Source of the DNA: a virus
Direction: 5' to 3' (one strand)
Length of the DNA stretch: 64,000 bases
IMG/VR virus record: IMGVR_UViG_3300045988_169928
Coordinates: 32,001 to 96,000 of that record
Shown: positions 21,701-30,364 of the stretch, piece by piece
Layout: each line of letters starts with the position of its first letter
Numbering within the stretch: the stretch's first letter is position 1
The notes under the pieces: model-generated
Database searches by the model: none
What the model was told of the DNA's origin: nothing
What the model saw: only the letters and a program-made list of their open reading frames with translations
Translations under genes and position numbers: made by a program

Positions 21701-22052
21701 CTTGATATTTATCACTGTTGGCTAAGGAATTAATTTGACCAATTCCTTGGGTAGCTTTATCTAAGGCGTCAACCAATTGTTGATAAGCCTGTCGGTTATA
21801 AAGGGTGGTACTATTTAATTCACCCTCAAGGTTATCTTGTTGTTCCTTGAGTTGGTTAAGTGCGTCTACTAGATCACGTTGTAAATTCGTAGACCGCTTA
21901 TTAGAGATTGTATTATTGTTGTTAACCCCGGATTTATAAACCCGGTCAATTTCTTTCTCAAGCTGTTTAACTCGTTTTTGTAAAGGAACAGCAGTCCCAC
22001 TTGCCAGCTTTAATGTTAAATCATATTCAGTCATTATTTCACCACCTATCAA
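18798..22052 (-). CDS. Tape measure protein with a C-terminal lytic transglycosylase (SLT-like) domain.
   Basis: ORF of 1,084 aa with coiled-coil, Q-rich stretches. Gly-rich membrane-like segments (GAMGIIGGSALMGAGDGIINAAIEGGTMATMGAGI and GTIVGIGVGIGTGLLLMSG) are typical of tape measure proteins. The C-terminal IAGESNYD..GLLQMIQGTF..Y is an SLT-type motif. Confidence 0.8.
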   Translation of the reverse strand: MIGGEIMTEYDLTLKLASGTAVPLQKRVKQLEKEIDRVYKSGVNNNNTISNKRSTNLQRDLVDALNQLKEQQDNLEGELNSTTLYNRQAYQQLVDALDKATQGIGQINSLANSDKYQDIQSFNLSSSKVYQSSEYADQQQANDFVNSELGKEVKNIVLRSTTQSNRWNQSVDSGVVTYQKYQEYVSNNQYTREKITDLDSQVTDQRNNIQSQIDELSSRQDQIKGQDSLSVDDVNTLAGIREQLNNLSKSGKYLDELSNRLTQAQEAVTRTGEAIHAKTSIDNVTNNTDTKDTIKVLPSNDSIAGYIHNHHSFLIRQAVRTALIAGPYYVSQGSNARLTNFNNIAGAMYARGGGDNSIVNTLGNNKLGMDLSESSAYLGAYTRNTGKGNLSNKSISRLTNTWGALALTNGASNDTVVNLLGVAGLTNTQGLSASDSERLADAIQNSLTNSHTSAKADSQLKALSSMYQTAATSGKLTTNDQINIAGFQSMMSKTGSSWQGSAGAQAYSGLANVSNNANNQNQQLSLWLDNKNFTGYNQSGNMVALKTAQRAKSDPYLYKTPIGNLYRTARQQTSSKSGAIAVTTQNLVTLSGNSLSYEQANSLVKLYADGKFTRANVKKQTKGKGVNSKKYHKTGTSSIRSQQQAIQSSQIKASQSLDGLRRNLSSFVNSHPKIGAMGIIGGSALMGAGDGIINAAIEGGTMATMGAGIKSVAKSGLSVLSKMPKTGKVGTIVGIGVGIGTGLLLMSGNAKASTKDKDNKAKMTSTQSRTQSRTQNSQAYTPRKKSAKHKSILTSIKDGILHFLSELGVYRVKHKDVNASQKQLIKHLRMWFNEIYKKVKNAAKNGSSDSKTAGDVSNDGATKSKEYWLKKAKEVAKAMGVDISDSQLENLMKLIAGESNYDQTITQQIQDVNSANGDPAKGLLQMIQGTFNKYKVKGHDNILSGVDQLYAFFNIANWASYLYGHAGWSPSGPTRGYANGGLVTHATGGSMTGPIQGMCTSRESAPVSVLDLRALQTRYTTLNQANSVVHRVKRNAPKIKVKIDTSQAVQSRNKNDIIDSIINDTFNAWVNNSQQQIMLDYYSH

Positions 22053-22090
22053 TCGTAATATACAAGAAAAGACCTACTTTTCGGTAGGTC

Positions 22091-22705
22091 TTAATCATTA
22101 TCTTGATACTGTTTAGAATCTTTAAGAATGTCGTCCCAATTCTGTTGAATCTGTTGGTGGGCACTTTCTTGTTTCTTTTGATGTTCATACAGGGCAGTAT
22201 TGATCTTTTCAGTAATTTCTTTATCATACTGTGATAAGTCCTTAGCTTGCATACCAGCATTAATATCTGTCTTTTGCTTTAATTGTAAGGACTGTTGATA
22301 AAGTTTATCTAGATCTTCATCACCCTCAAGAAGATCTTCTTCCTTGTTAGAATAGAACTTCTTTTCAAAACTATCATCAGAGTACGAAGCCGTTTCTTCC
22401 ATACCCTTAGCGGCCAATTCTTGTTCATGAACGTCCTCATTCATAGACTGAATGATAAATTCACGCTGTGCATAGGTTAATGACCTAAGTTTAGGGTCAT
22501 TAGGAAGAACCCTAAAAAATTTCATGATTGCCCACAAGTTACGACCAGAAACTGACTTAACTAGTGGTTCAATCCCACCAACCTTATTGATTGCGGGACT
22601 AACTAATGGGTTGTAATTCTCAACTTCATCATCTTTATTGTGCTTGGGTGTCCAGAAAGGAGTATAACCATTCTTGATAGTCCCCCCATACTTGGAATAA
22701 CACAT
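22091..22705 (-). CDS. Tail assembly chaperone, frameshift-extension (T-like) frame.
   Basis: ORF of 204 aa overlapping the upstream ORF by 71 nt in the +1 frame, directly upstream of the tape measure gene. This is the canonical G/GT position. Confidence 0.5.
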   Translation of the reverse strand: MCYSKYGGTIKNGYTPFWTPKHNKDDEVENYNPLVSPAINKVGGIEPLVKSVSGRNLWAIMKFFRVLPNDPKLRSLTYAQREFIIQSMNEDVHEQELAAKGMEETASYSDDSFEKKFYSNKEEDLLEGDEDLDKLYQQSLQLKQKTDINAGMQAKDLSQYDKEITEKINTALYEHQKKQESAHQQIQQNWDDILKDSKQYQDND

Positions 22706-23279
22706 CTGTCCGATAAGTGTTATCTAAATTAGTAAACCATACAGGGACATTATCACCAACTACTTGGAAGTAGGCAATAGCTAGGAATAAATCCTTTGCA
22801 TTAGCTAGGAAGCCATCACCTAAACCATTAGTCAACTCAACGTAATTTCCTTGAATCTTGGCCTGTTCTGCTACGCTCGGTGCGTGCATTTTAACCACAA
22901 TCTTCTTTTGCTTAGTTCCATTGGTAGGGGAACTAACATCATAAGTATATTCCTTGACAAAATGATAAGCGTCATTCGAGCTAGTAATATCAGCTAATGC
23001 TTCTTGTTCCTTGGAATAACGCTTAGAACTATTCTTAGCGTCAAGCTGATCAGTTAAATCAGCATTTTCTTCCTTGGCCTTCTTTAACTGTTCCTCTAAT
23101 TGCTTAACTCGTAAATCCGTGTCTACCGGAGTATCTTTCTTCTCAACCTTCTTTTCTTCCTCTTTAGGAGCCGTTCCACCTACTGGTGCCCGACCCGTCC
23201 GCTTAGCAATTTCAGCTTGCTGACGTTCCTTCTCCCGCATTTCCTTTAGAATCTGTTCTCGTTGTTGACTTGTTGCCAT
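22635..23279 (-). CDS. Tail assembly chaperone (G-like).
   Basis: ORF of 214 aa with an acidic, coiled-coil N-terminus. It precedes the tape measure gene and overlaps ORF 22091..22705. Confidence 0.5.
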   Translation of the reverse strand: MATSQQREQILKEMREKERQQAEIAKRTGRAPVGGTAPKEEEKKVEKKDTPVDTDLRVKQLEEQLKKAKEENADLTDQLDAKNSSKRYSKEQEALADITSSNDAYHFVKEYTYDVSSPTNGTKQKKIVVKMHAPSVAEQAKIQGNYVELTNGLGDGFLANAKDLFLAIAYFQVVGDNVPVWFTNLDNTYRTDVLFQVWGDYQEWLYSFLDTQAQ

Positions 23280-23537
23280 CTAATCTTCACCTCGTTGTTT
23301 CCTGATACTTGTATCAAGTTTTCTGATTTCCTTAATTATATCATCTAAAGGTAAACCAGAAACCTTAGCCAAAGCATAATAGAACCTTACAGACTTATTA
23401 TAAATATTTCCTTGATAAGCAAGGTCAGAATTTAAAACATTAAGAGGTACTTTAAGAATCTTTGCAAACTGTTCTTTGTCAATATCATGATTCTTAACAT
23501 ACATACCAATTGCGTTTAATCGATCTGGACTAACCAT
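23280..23537 (-). CDS. Small protein, possibly HTH, translationally coupled to the chaperone gene.
   Basis: ORF of 85 aa. Its stop abuts the ATG of the 214-aa gene. Confidence 0.4.
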   Translation of the reverse strand: MVSPDRLNAIGMYVKNHDIDKEQFAKILKVPLNVLNSDLAYQGNIYNKSVRFYYALAKVSGLPLDDIIKEIRKLDTSIRKQRGED

Positions 23538-23544
23538 AGTATCA

Positions 23545-23769
23545 TTACTTCCCTTCTTCTAACTTTAAGCATTCTTTCATTACTTCGCCTGTCGTTTTGT
23601 TGACAAACTTAGCAAGGCTTTCCATATGGCAAAAACGGATATTACCAAACTTAGAATGAGCACGGTAATTAACTGACTGCTTGAACACACCCTCAAATTC
23701 AGCTAGTTTCACCTGACTAATTCCGTGCTTCTTGAGATACTTTCCATAACCGTTTAACAATTTAATCAC
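23545..23769 (-). CDS. XRE-family HTH transcriptional regulator (Cro/CI-like).
   Basis: ORF of 74 aa. ISQVKLAEFEGVFKQSVNY matches the HTH_3 pattern. It is the first gene of the minus operon; a TTGACA / ATAATA promoter lies upstream on the minus strand (rc of about 23795-23826). Confidence 0.55.
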   Translation of the reverse strand: MIKLLNGYGKYLKKHGISQVKLAEFEGVFKQSVNYRAHSKFGNIRFCHMESLAKFVNKTTGEVMKECLKLEEGK

Positions 23770-23874
23770 TCCTTTGTTCCTTTATGACATCTTTATTATG
23801 CAACAATCATAGCTAATTGTCAACACTTTTTTTAGATTAACAGGTTATATTAAGTAAGAAATGGTGGTGATTAA
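23770..23874. promoter_or_regulatory. Divergent promoter region between the minus tail operon and the plus 23875 operon.
   Basis: The minus strand has TGTTGACA, an 18-nt spacer, then ATAATA. The plus strand has TATATT about 17 nt upstream of the RBS GGTGGTGA. HTH genes sit on the minus side. Confidence 0.45.
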
Positions 23875-24849
23875 ATGGAAAATGAAACAGTCGAACGTCT
23901 GAACCCACTCTATGTTCAGTCACAAATGAAACCAATCGAGATTAAAGGAGTTGTCCAATTAATCGAACAACACTCGATTGAAAGTATCTATGAACAGTCC
24001 TACAAGTGTCCCTGTGTCGATCCACAAACCTTACAACCAAGACCAGATTGCCCAATCTGTCATGGGCAGGGCTTTATCTTCATGCACCCTAAATCTTTGG
24101 ATATTGCTTTTGTATCTGACCAAAAACAGTTCAGTCTAAATACCCAAGGAATAGATCAAAATGGGGCAACTTTGGCAACTCCTCAAATTACTATTAACCA
24201 AGTTGAGCAAGGAATTAAACCCGGAGATCGTATTACAGTCCCCGGTTGGACTACTACTGAAAACTATATCTTCAACGTAGACCAGCAACGATTGAATAAT
24301 GGTATCTATTTACCATATAAAGTACAATCCATTAATGAAGCCTATGCCATTTCAGGTGGTAGTTTATCCCGGTTAAAAGAGGGTGATCTAACCCTTGATG
24401 GTGACTTCTTAAAAGTAACCAACGATCAACTATTGAATAGCACTATCTCCCTAAGCCTAGAGGTAGTTAAACGTTTCTATGTAGTTAGCCTTGATAAGGA
24501 ATTACGTTACCAGAAATACTTAAACCTAGCTCAAAAGTTGTGGGCGCTTGGTAATGGTACTGGCGAAATCAGCAGTGATGAAACTGATGATTATACGACC
24601 CTTAATAGTTACCTTAGTAACCAACAGGCTATGCAAATGGATAAGGTTAAATTTCCACAAGTTCAAAAACGAGATGGGAAGCTAATTGATACTGGCAAGA
24701 AACAAATCTACCGTTTGCCACCCCAGTTAAGATTAAAGCGGGAAAACTTATATTTCTCAAATATTAATCTTACTAATAAGGAAAGCAATGGTAATACAGC
24801 TATTACTGACCCACGGGTTACTGAAATGAATGACTTCTTAGGTGATTAA
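23875..24849 (+). CDS. Hypothetical protein with a CxC..CxxC zinc-ribbon motif.
   Basis: ORF of 324 aa containing KCPCVDPQ..PDCPICHG. Confidence 0.4.
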   Translation: MENETVERLNPLYVQSQMKPIEIKGVVQLIEQHSIESIYEQSYKCPCVDPQTLQPRPDCPICHGQGFIFMHPKSLDIAFVSDQKQFSLNTQGIDQNGATLATPQITINQVEQGIKPGDRITVPGWTTTENYIFNVDQQRLNNGIYLPYKVQSINEAYAISGGSLSRLKEGDLTLDGDFLKVTNDQLLNSTISLSLEVVKRFYVVSLDKELRYQKYLNLAQKLWALGNGTGEISSDETDDYTTLNSYLSNQQAMQMDKVKFPQVQKRDGKLIDTGKKQIYRLPPQLRLKRENLYFSNINLTNKESNGNTAITDPRVTEMNDFLGD

Positions 24850-24851
24850 TC

Positions 24852-25565
24852 ATGGCTAGTATTGGTAACTTAATCGGGCGTGAAGGTATTAACGCTTTAA
24901 AGAAATACCTTGAAGATGATATTAGTAAAGAAAAATATGTTAATTCATATGCTAAAGGGTTACAAAAGCAACTAGAACAAACTTTTGGTAAACAAGCAAT
25001 TAAACTTAGCACTAATGGTTTGAAGGTTGCCTATAAAATAATTGAAGATACTAGTACCAATGAACAAATTAGGTTCATTGATCTAAAGCCATACTTCATG
25101 CAGTCACCCAAAGCTAAGCCAACCAAAGATGGTGGCTGGTATCTAAAGATTCCAGTTGGTGGTTTCCAATCCACTACCAAAATGCGAATGGCCTATGGAC
25201 GGTCACTGTGGGACGATATTAGCCACTTAAACTTTGGGGAAACTGGTGGCCAGAATGCTAATATTGAACGCTTTAAGAAAGTCCTTAATAGTTCTGGTGA
25301 AGGCGAGGGGGTACTAGCTTACCAATGGAAGTCCACCAACATTACCCGTATTCAATCAGGTGGTGGTAAGTATGGACACTACATTACTTTCAGAACCGTG
25401 TCCAATAAGTCCGACCCTATGAGTTGGGTTGTGGGGCGTAATGCTATGCAACAACAAGTCAACGCCCGGTCTTTTGACCCTCAAAAGGCTAAAATAATAT
25501 CTAATATCATTCGTGAAGCCATTATTAGAAACATTGAACAGTACAACCAAAAGGAGGATATGTAA
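24852..25565 (+). CDS. Hypothetical protein.
   Basis: ORF of 237 aa, tightly coupled to its neighbours. Confidence 0.4.
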   Translation: MASIGNLIGREGINALKKYLEDDISKEKYVNSYAKGLQKQLEQTFGKQAIKLSTNGLKVAYKIIEDTSTNEQIRFIDLKPYFMQSPKAKPTKDGGWYLKIPVGGFQSTTKMRMAYGRSLWDDISHLNFGETGGQNANIERFKKVLNSSGEGEGVLAYQWKSTNITRIQSGGGKYGHYITFRTVSNKSDPMSWVVGRNAMQQQVNARSFDPQKAKIISNIIREAIIRNIEQYNQKEDM

Positions 25566-26401
25566 TGGCCATTGTAAACGTAGATCAGTTACTATTAGAT
25601 GAAACCAATTCAATCTTAACTGGTGTCCTTGCTAATAGTAACTATCTAAAAAACAATATTCTTAATTCTCTCCCCAGTGATATGGTAGATTCATTTATTA
25701 ATGAGTATTGTACTGATAGCAATCACCTTGGAAAGAAGATTAACACCTACTTTGCCTTCCCAACTACTGCCCCAACGACCGCATTCCTCTTATTTCAATT
25801 TAAAGGGTCAGAAGAAGATGATGAATCTAGTGCCCTCGGGAGTGTTGAAGGACAAACCATCTCTAATAGTGTTGGCCAAGCTATTCATGAAAAGTTAGTT
25901 GTTAAAACCAAAAATGCAACAGCTTGGGTTGAACCTACTCAACAAATTCATAGTGTTATCTCAATCCCCCAAACCACTAATTATAACTTGCAAGATAATA
26001 AAGTTTATCTAACATATATTCCACCTTATGGTGATGGACAACACAAAATTGACCTGTATTACAATACAAAGGTTGAAAAAGATGGTTATAGCAGTCCAAT
26101 TGGTATCAATACTAATGAAGGGGTAACAATTGACTTTGTATGTAGCAACATTAGTACCATTCGTTGTTTGTCTGCTATCTTTACTTATATTCGTATATAC
26201 TTAAAACAAACCTTGGAAGAAAACTATAATGTTTACCTTCCAACAATTGAGATGAATGGTATGGACGTAATTGAAGATACTAAAAGTAATGGTTTAGATA
26301 GCCAACCACTATTCTACCGGCGCTTAACAGTTACCTACAAAGTTACCCAAACCATTGATCAGAATACTAGTCTCATTGAAAATATTAAAACAGGGTGGTA
26401 A
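25565..26401 (+). CDS. Hypothetical protein.
   Basis: ORF of 278 aa; its start overlaps the preceding stop (ATGTAATGG). Confidence 0.4.
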   Translation: MAIVNVDQLLLDETNSILTGVLANSNYLKNNILNSLPSDMVDSFINEYCTDSNHLGKKINTYFAFPTTAPTTAFLLFQFKGSEEDDESSALGSVEGQTISNSVGQAIHEKLVVKTKNATAWVEPTQQIHSVISIPQTTNYNLQDNKVYLTYIPPYGDGQHKIDLYYNTKVEKDGYSSPIGINTNEGVTIDFVCSNISTIRCLSAIFTYIRIYLKQTLEENYNVYLPTIEMNGMDVIEDTKSNGLDSQPLFYRRLTVTYKVTQTIDQNTSLIENIKTGW

Positions 26402-26404
26402 AAC

Positions 26405-26611
26405 ATGGTCGAAAAGAAAACAGAAAGCAAAGTTAAAGTATTTAGCCTAGACAAGTTTATTCAAACAGCTAAGTCACTTCCTAAGTACAAAGGAGTAACT
26501 GATATTCAATATGCGGGTTTTATCCGTTTAATGGAAACCCAAGATCGGCAGTTCAGCCTTGAAGGCGGAGCCGATTATGTAAAAGACCTAGACGCTTATC
26601 TAGGTTTGTAA
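26405..26611 (+). CDS. Small hypothetical protein.
   Basis: ORF of 68 aa. Confidence 0.35.
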   Translation: MVEKKTESKVKVFSLDKFIQTAKSLPKYKGVTDIQYAGFIRLMETQDRQFSLEGGADYVKDLDAYLGL

Positions 26612-26717
26612 ATAAATAAGCACCTACCAAACTTAATGGTGGGTGCTTTTATTATGCCTGTATTTGGCCTTGAGAAGCTCATACAGCCATCTTAGATATA
26701 TGTGTGGTTAATTATAC

Positions 26718-27653
26718 CTAGATCTCGTTATAACGGTTAATCAGCTCCTCTGGAGCTACTTCGTCATCATCAAAGCCTTCAACATCATGGTAAAGACTTT
26801 GCAAGTTCTTGAGAATCTTTTGGTCATGGAAGTTAGCCTTACCATAGTAGTTGTTAATAGACTTGGTGATAACGTCCTTTAATTCACTCGCCTTAACTAC
26901 ATCTTCATCTACGGACTTAGCAACTTCATCAGAAGCAGGGTCAACCGACTTACCTTCTGGGAAGCTCTTAGATACTTCTTCCTTTTCATCTTCTTCATAG
27001 ATAGACTTAGCTACCTTGTCAATCGACTTAGCTACTTCGGCCTTCTTGCTTTCTCCGTCCGTAGACTTAGCTACTTCTTCTTCGGACTTTTCAACGCTGT
27101 CCTCTGGTTCTTCAACCGACTTTTCAACTTCCTTATCTGGATCTGGTTCCTTAACAGACTTTTCAACCATACCAAGCAAAGATTGGTTCTGAACAACGAC
27201 AGACTTAACCAAACCAATTAATTCGTTAGTAGCACCAATCAAAGACTTAACCATTTCATCGTCCTTTGGTTCATCTACTGACTTTTCAACGTCTGGGTCT
27301 ACATCTTCGGACTTCTTAGCCTTGTGACAAGATTCTTCTACTTCGTCATCTTTACTCTTGATAGCGTCCTCATCATCTGCACCATCTTCATCATCTGCAC
27401 CATCTTCATCGCCCGAATCATCAGACTTATTGGACTTCTTAGCCATCTTTTCCTTTTCCGGCTTGTCGTCTTCGTCACCGTCACCATCAGGAATTTGGCC
27501 ATCATGAATTTGAACAGATTCCTCTACTTCATCATCTTCGGCGTCATCTTTCTTGAGTTCCTTATGTTCAAGGGACTTGGCTTCGTTTTCTTCGAGGGAC
27601 TTCTTAATTTCATCAATGTGTTCAAAAACGTCTTTTAATTCCATATCTTTATA
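26718..27653 (-). CDS. Acidic repeat-rich protein, probably a scaffolding protein.
   Basis: The true start is the ATG at complement 27651-27653, with an AAGGAGA RBS. The ORF track extends it to 27746 through the protease stop. It is rich in E/D/K with VEKSV / VAKS repeats and lies immediately downstream of the prohead protease. Confidence 0.5.
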   Translation of the reverse strand, partial: YKDMELKDVFEHIDEIKKSLEENEAKSLEHKELKKDDAEDDEVEESVQIHDGQIPDGDGDEDDKPEKEKMAKKSNKSDDSGDEDGADDEDGADDEDAIKSKDDEVEESCHKAKKSEDVDPDVEKSVDEPKDDEMVKSLIGATNELIGLVKSVVVQNQSLLGMVEKSVKEPDPDKEVEKSVEEPEDSVEKSEEEVAKSTDGESKKAEVAKSIDKVAKSIYEEDEKEEVSKSFPEGKSVDPASDEVAKSVDEDVVKASELKDVITKSINNYYGKANFHDQKILKNLQSLYHDVEGFDDDEVAPEELINRYNEI

Positions 27654-27663
27654 AATCTCCTTA

Positions 27664-28518
27664 TTAATCATTACCTGGATTGATTGAATTTTCAAGTTGT
27701 CTAAGACGATTATCTGTATCTGCTTGTTGATCAACTGTTCGCACAATTAACCGGGCGTCTGCTTCGGATAACCCACTAAATAACTGAACAAAGATAACCC
27801 TTGCGTCCTCGTCAGCGTCATTCTTATCTAATTCTTCGGCTAAACTAGTTGCCACCGTTTCCAATCCAAGTTTCTTGGCCTGCTTTAAGTTAAATACTAG
27901 ATTGTTAAAGGTGCCTAAAAAAGATTCCTTACGAAAGGCGGCCCCACCTTGAACTGTTGCACTATTTACGTCATACCCAGCAGTCATAGTTTCCATGTCT
28001 TTGATTACTTGGTCGCTACTCTTGTTTTTAGAGTTAAACAAAGACTTGTTTAGTACCTGCCAACTACAAGCGGGGTTAGCCGGGTGTGTAGTTACTGCTA
28101 CCCCAGTAATCTGAACCTGACGAATAATTGAATCATCTTCATCGTCCCGTTCAATAACTTTACCTTCAACTGAAAAACCTAAATGACGATCAATATCATT
28201 TTCCTCAATGTTTTTGTACAGCTTAATAATATTCTGTACCTGTTCCATATTAGAAAATAGCTTAGCCTCTAGAAATAAACCCTTGTTATCTAAATGTGTA
28301 TTCTCCGTTGGTACCCCGATAATCTGATCAGTATCATGTTCATAGTCGATATAACCATGATCTAACAAATATTCATAGTGAATACCATTAGGGTCAATTG
28401 TTTCTCCCTGATAATCTCTGTCCCCTGTCGATGAGTAGCCACTAATCGTAATGACTTTATCATCATCAGACTTGGCAACTTTATCAAATGGGAGAAACAC
28501 ATCAAATTTTGCCACCAA
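27664..28518 (-). CDS. Prohead maturation protease (HK97 / S78-like).
   Basis: ORF of 284 aa. The N-terminal ...VITISGYSSTGDRDYQGETIDPNGI, then YLLDHGYIDYEHDTDQIIGV...GLFLEAKLF and GFSVEG, match conserved blocks of HK97-family prohead proteases. Confidence 0.75.
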   Translation of the reverse strand: MVAKFDVFLPFDKVAKSDDDKVITISGYSSTGDRDYQGETIDPNGIHYEYLLDHGYIDYEHDTDQIIGVPTENTHLDNKGLFLEAKLFSNMEQVQNIIKLYKNIEENDIDRHLGFSVEGKVIERDDEDDSIIRQVQITGVAVTTHPANPACSWQVLNKSLFNSKNKSSDQVIKDMETMTAGYDVNSATVQGGAAFRKESFLGTFNNLVFNLKQAKKLGLETVATSLAEELDKNDADEDARVIFVQLFSGLSEADARLIVRTVDQQADTDNRLRQLENSINPGND

Positions 28519-28622
28519 ATCACCACCAATACATACTATATACTACTAATAATATAAACACGATTAAATTATTAGCCAATAAAAAAACCTAGGTAAGATA
28601 CCTAGGCTCTTATTAGTTATAC

Positions 28623-30113
28623 CTACGACAATTCAAACAGGGATTCAGCGTCACTAGCATATAATACGTTGTGGAGCTTCACAATTCGCTTAGGGTAAAT
28701 TACCTGTAATGCGCCGTACCAGAGCATTGCAAAGTTCGTAGCAGTGGTCGTTACAGCCAGTGGGAACTTCATAATTGGTGCAAACTCAAGGTAACGAATG
28801 TTTTCTGGACGCCGGTCAAGAATGAATACGTCAGCCGTACCCGGAATAGTTTCGTTAACATCGGTGTAAGTCAAAGTCCCGTTTTGGAACTTGGACATCG
28901 GTACCCGGTCAATCAGACGGAAATCTTCATCGCCCGGTACATCAGACTTCCGGTAGATGGCTACATAGTGCGGAAGGTCAGTTACCAATGGAGAAAGAGT
29001 AATCGTAAGAGTTACCCCGTCAGTTGCGGCAGTCGGAGTAGCCGTAGCAATATCAGATGGAAGGCTGTCGTGAGCGCCAACAGCAACTACCCGATATTGA
29101 AGTTCAGTCCCTACTTCCTTGCTAAGGATTGTCCGACCCTTTGCGTCCTTCTTATCGTCAGTTAAGAAGGCACCACCTTGACCAGCAACTTGCTTAGCTT
29201 GAACCGTAGGAGCGGCCCCAGCATTAACATCTGGAGTGGATTCAGTATCAAGTACCAAGTCAAGATCCATGATAGTAGAACCATGCAGGTTAATATCCCC
29301 ATTAGCGGAGATGAACCGGGTAATATCAAACCCAACTTGCATTCCGTGGTCAGCCGGGTTCGGTTGAAGAATCCGTTGGGAACCAAGGTGTTGGTTAATG
29401 AAGTCAGCCTTGACACCAATCGGCATATAAGCGTCAGTTGCCTTCCCGTAACCACGCTTACCAATCATCGTAGCGGCTTCGTTCAGCTTACCCGGATTTA
29501 AAGCGCCACCATGAAGGTCAATGACGTTATCTTGATCCATCAGCTTGGAGATACCGTCAAATTCGTAACCTTCACCATCTTGGGTAGCAAGGTCAGAATC
29601 TCCATAGAAGGTAGCATATTCAATTGCCTTAGCAATCGTATTTACCCCACTAATTTCCAGCAGGGTTTGGGTGTCAACCGTAGTGTTAGCCCATTGCATA
29701 GCAAAGGAAGCACCCTTAGTGTCAACTACGAACTTAACGTTAACGGTCTTTTGACGTGCGTTAGGCGTGTTAACACTTAACTTAGCAATTTCTGGTTGGA
29801 ACAGTTGGTGTCCCGTCCGCCCATGGTTGTAGTATACGGTGTACTTTTGAACGGTTTGGTTAACCGGAACCCGTTCCAAGTCCTTGTAAATGGTGAAGTC
29901 ATTTTCACCAAAAGTAGTAATGTTCAGAGTTGGGTCAAGACTTTCCAACCGGTAAGCCGCCCCATCAACTTGTGTGTCGGGGGTAATACCATAACCGGCC
30001 TCTAAAGCCTTACTAATTTCTGAAACCATACCATCGTTCTTGGCAATTTCTTCGGAACGATTCGTGGACTTAAATACAGTATCCGCGTGACTCTTTGTTT
30101 CTAGCTTAGGCAT
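28623..30113 (-). CDS. Putative major capsid protein.
   Basis: ORF of 496 aa between the portal and protease genes. It has its own terminator and promoter region upstream, consistent with high expression. I have no family-level motif to confirm it. Confidence 0.45.
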   Translation of the reverse strand: MPKLETKSHADTVFKSTNRSEEIAKNDGMVSEISKALEAGYGITPDTQVDGAAYRLESLDPTLNITTFGENDFTIYKDLERVPVNQTVQKYTVYYNHGRTGHQLFQPEIAKLSVNTPNARQKTVNVKFVVDTKGASFAMQWANTTVDTQTLLEISGVNTIAKAIEYATFYGDSDLATQDGEGYEFDGISKLMDQDNVIDLHGGALNPGKLNEAATMIGKRGYGKATDAYMPIGVKADFINQHLGSQRILQPNPADHGMQVGFDITRFISANGDINLHGSTIMDLDLVLDTESTPDVNAGAAPTVQAKQVAGQGGAFLTDDKKDAKGRTILSKEVGTELQYRVVAVGAHDSLPSDIATATPTAATDGVTLTITLSPLVTDLPHYVAIYRKSDVPGDEDFRLIDRVPMSKFQNGTLTYTDVNETIPGTADVFILDRRPENIRYLEFAPIMKFPLAVTTTATNFAMLWYGALQVIYPKRIVKLHNVLYASDAESLFELS

Positions 30114-30211
30114 ATGTTCTAATAACTTCCTTTCATCTAGATGAATATCTATTTATTAATTCTAAGTACAATATAGATAAACCCTTGTTCTAAAATTAAT
30201 ATAAGAAATTA

Positions 30212-30248
30212 TAACAAAAACAAAAAGACCATGAACGTTAATTCATGG
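30212..30248 (-). terminator. Rho-independent terminator after the portal gene.
   Basis: Hairpin CCATGAA-cgttaa-TTCATGG (30229-30248). On the minus strand it is followed by cTTTTTgTTTTTgT (plus-strand acaaaaacaaaaag at 30214-30228). Confidence 0.6.
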
Positions 30249-30364
30249 CCTCTTTGCATTGTAGAAAGACAAATCAAAGAAAAGAAAGAAGTTTTATCAC
30301 TCGGCTTGACTAAAGCCTTGACTATATATTAACACACTCTATCAAATTGTCAACACTTTATCGA

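Noticed and set aside
22635-22705. A canonical -1 slippery heptamer for the G/T chaperone.
   Set aside because: Phasing I worked out by hand puts the T frame at +1 relative to G, and no XXXYYYZ heptamer is present. The GGGGGG run is in the wrong phase for a -1 shift.
27324-27638. A 104-aa plus-strand ORF inside the scaffold gene.
   Set aside because: It is antisense to the acidic repeat region and is repeat-driven and hydrophobic, so it is an artefact.
26718-27746. The apparent 83-nt overlap of the scaffold ORF with the protease ORF, a possible second frameshift site.
   Set aside because: The protease ends with TAA TAA followed immediately by AAGGAGA and an ATG at complement 27651-27653. 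The overlap is just the ORF track extending to an upstream in-frame Met.
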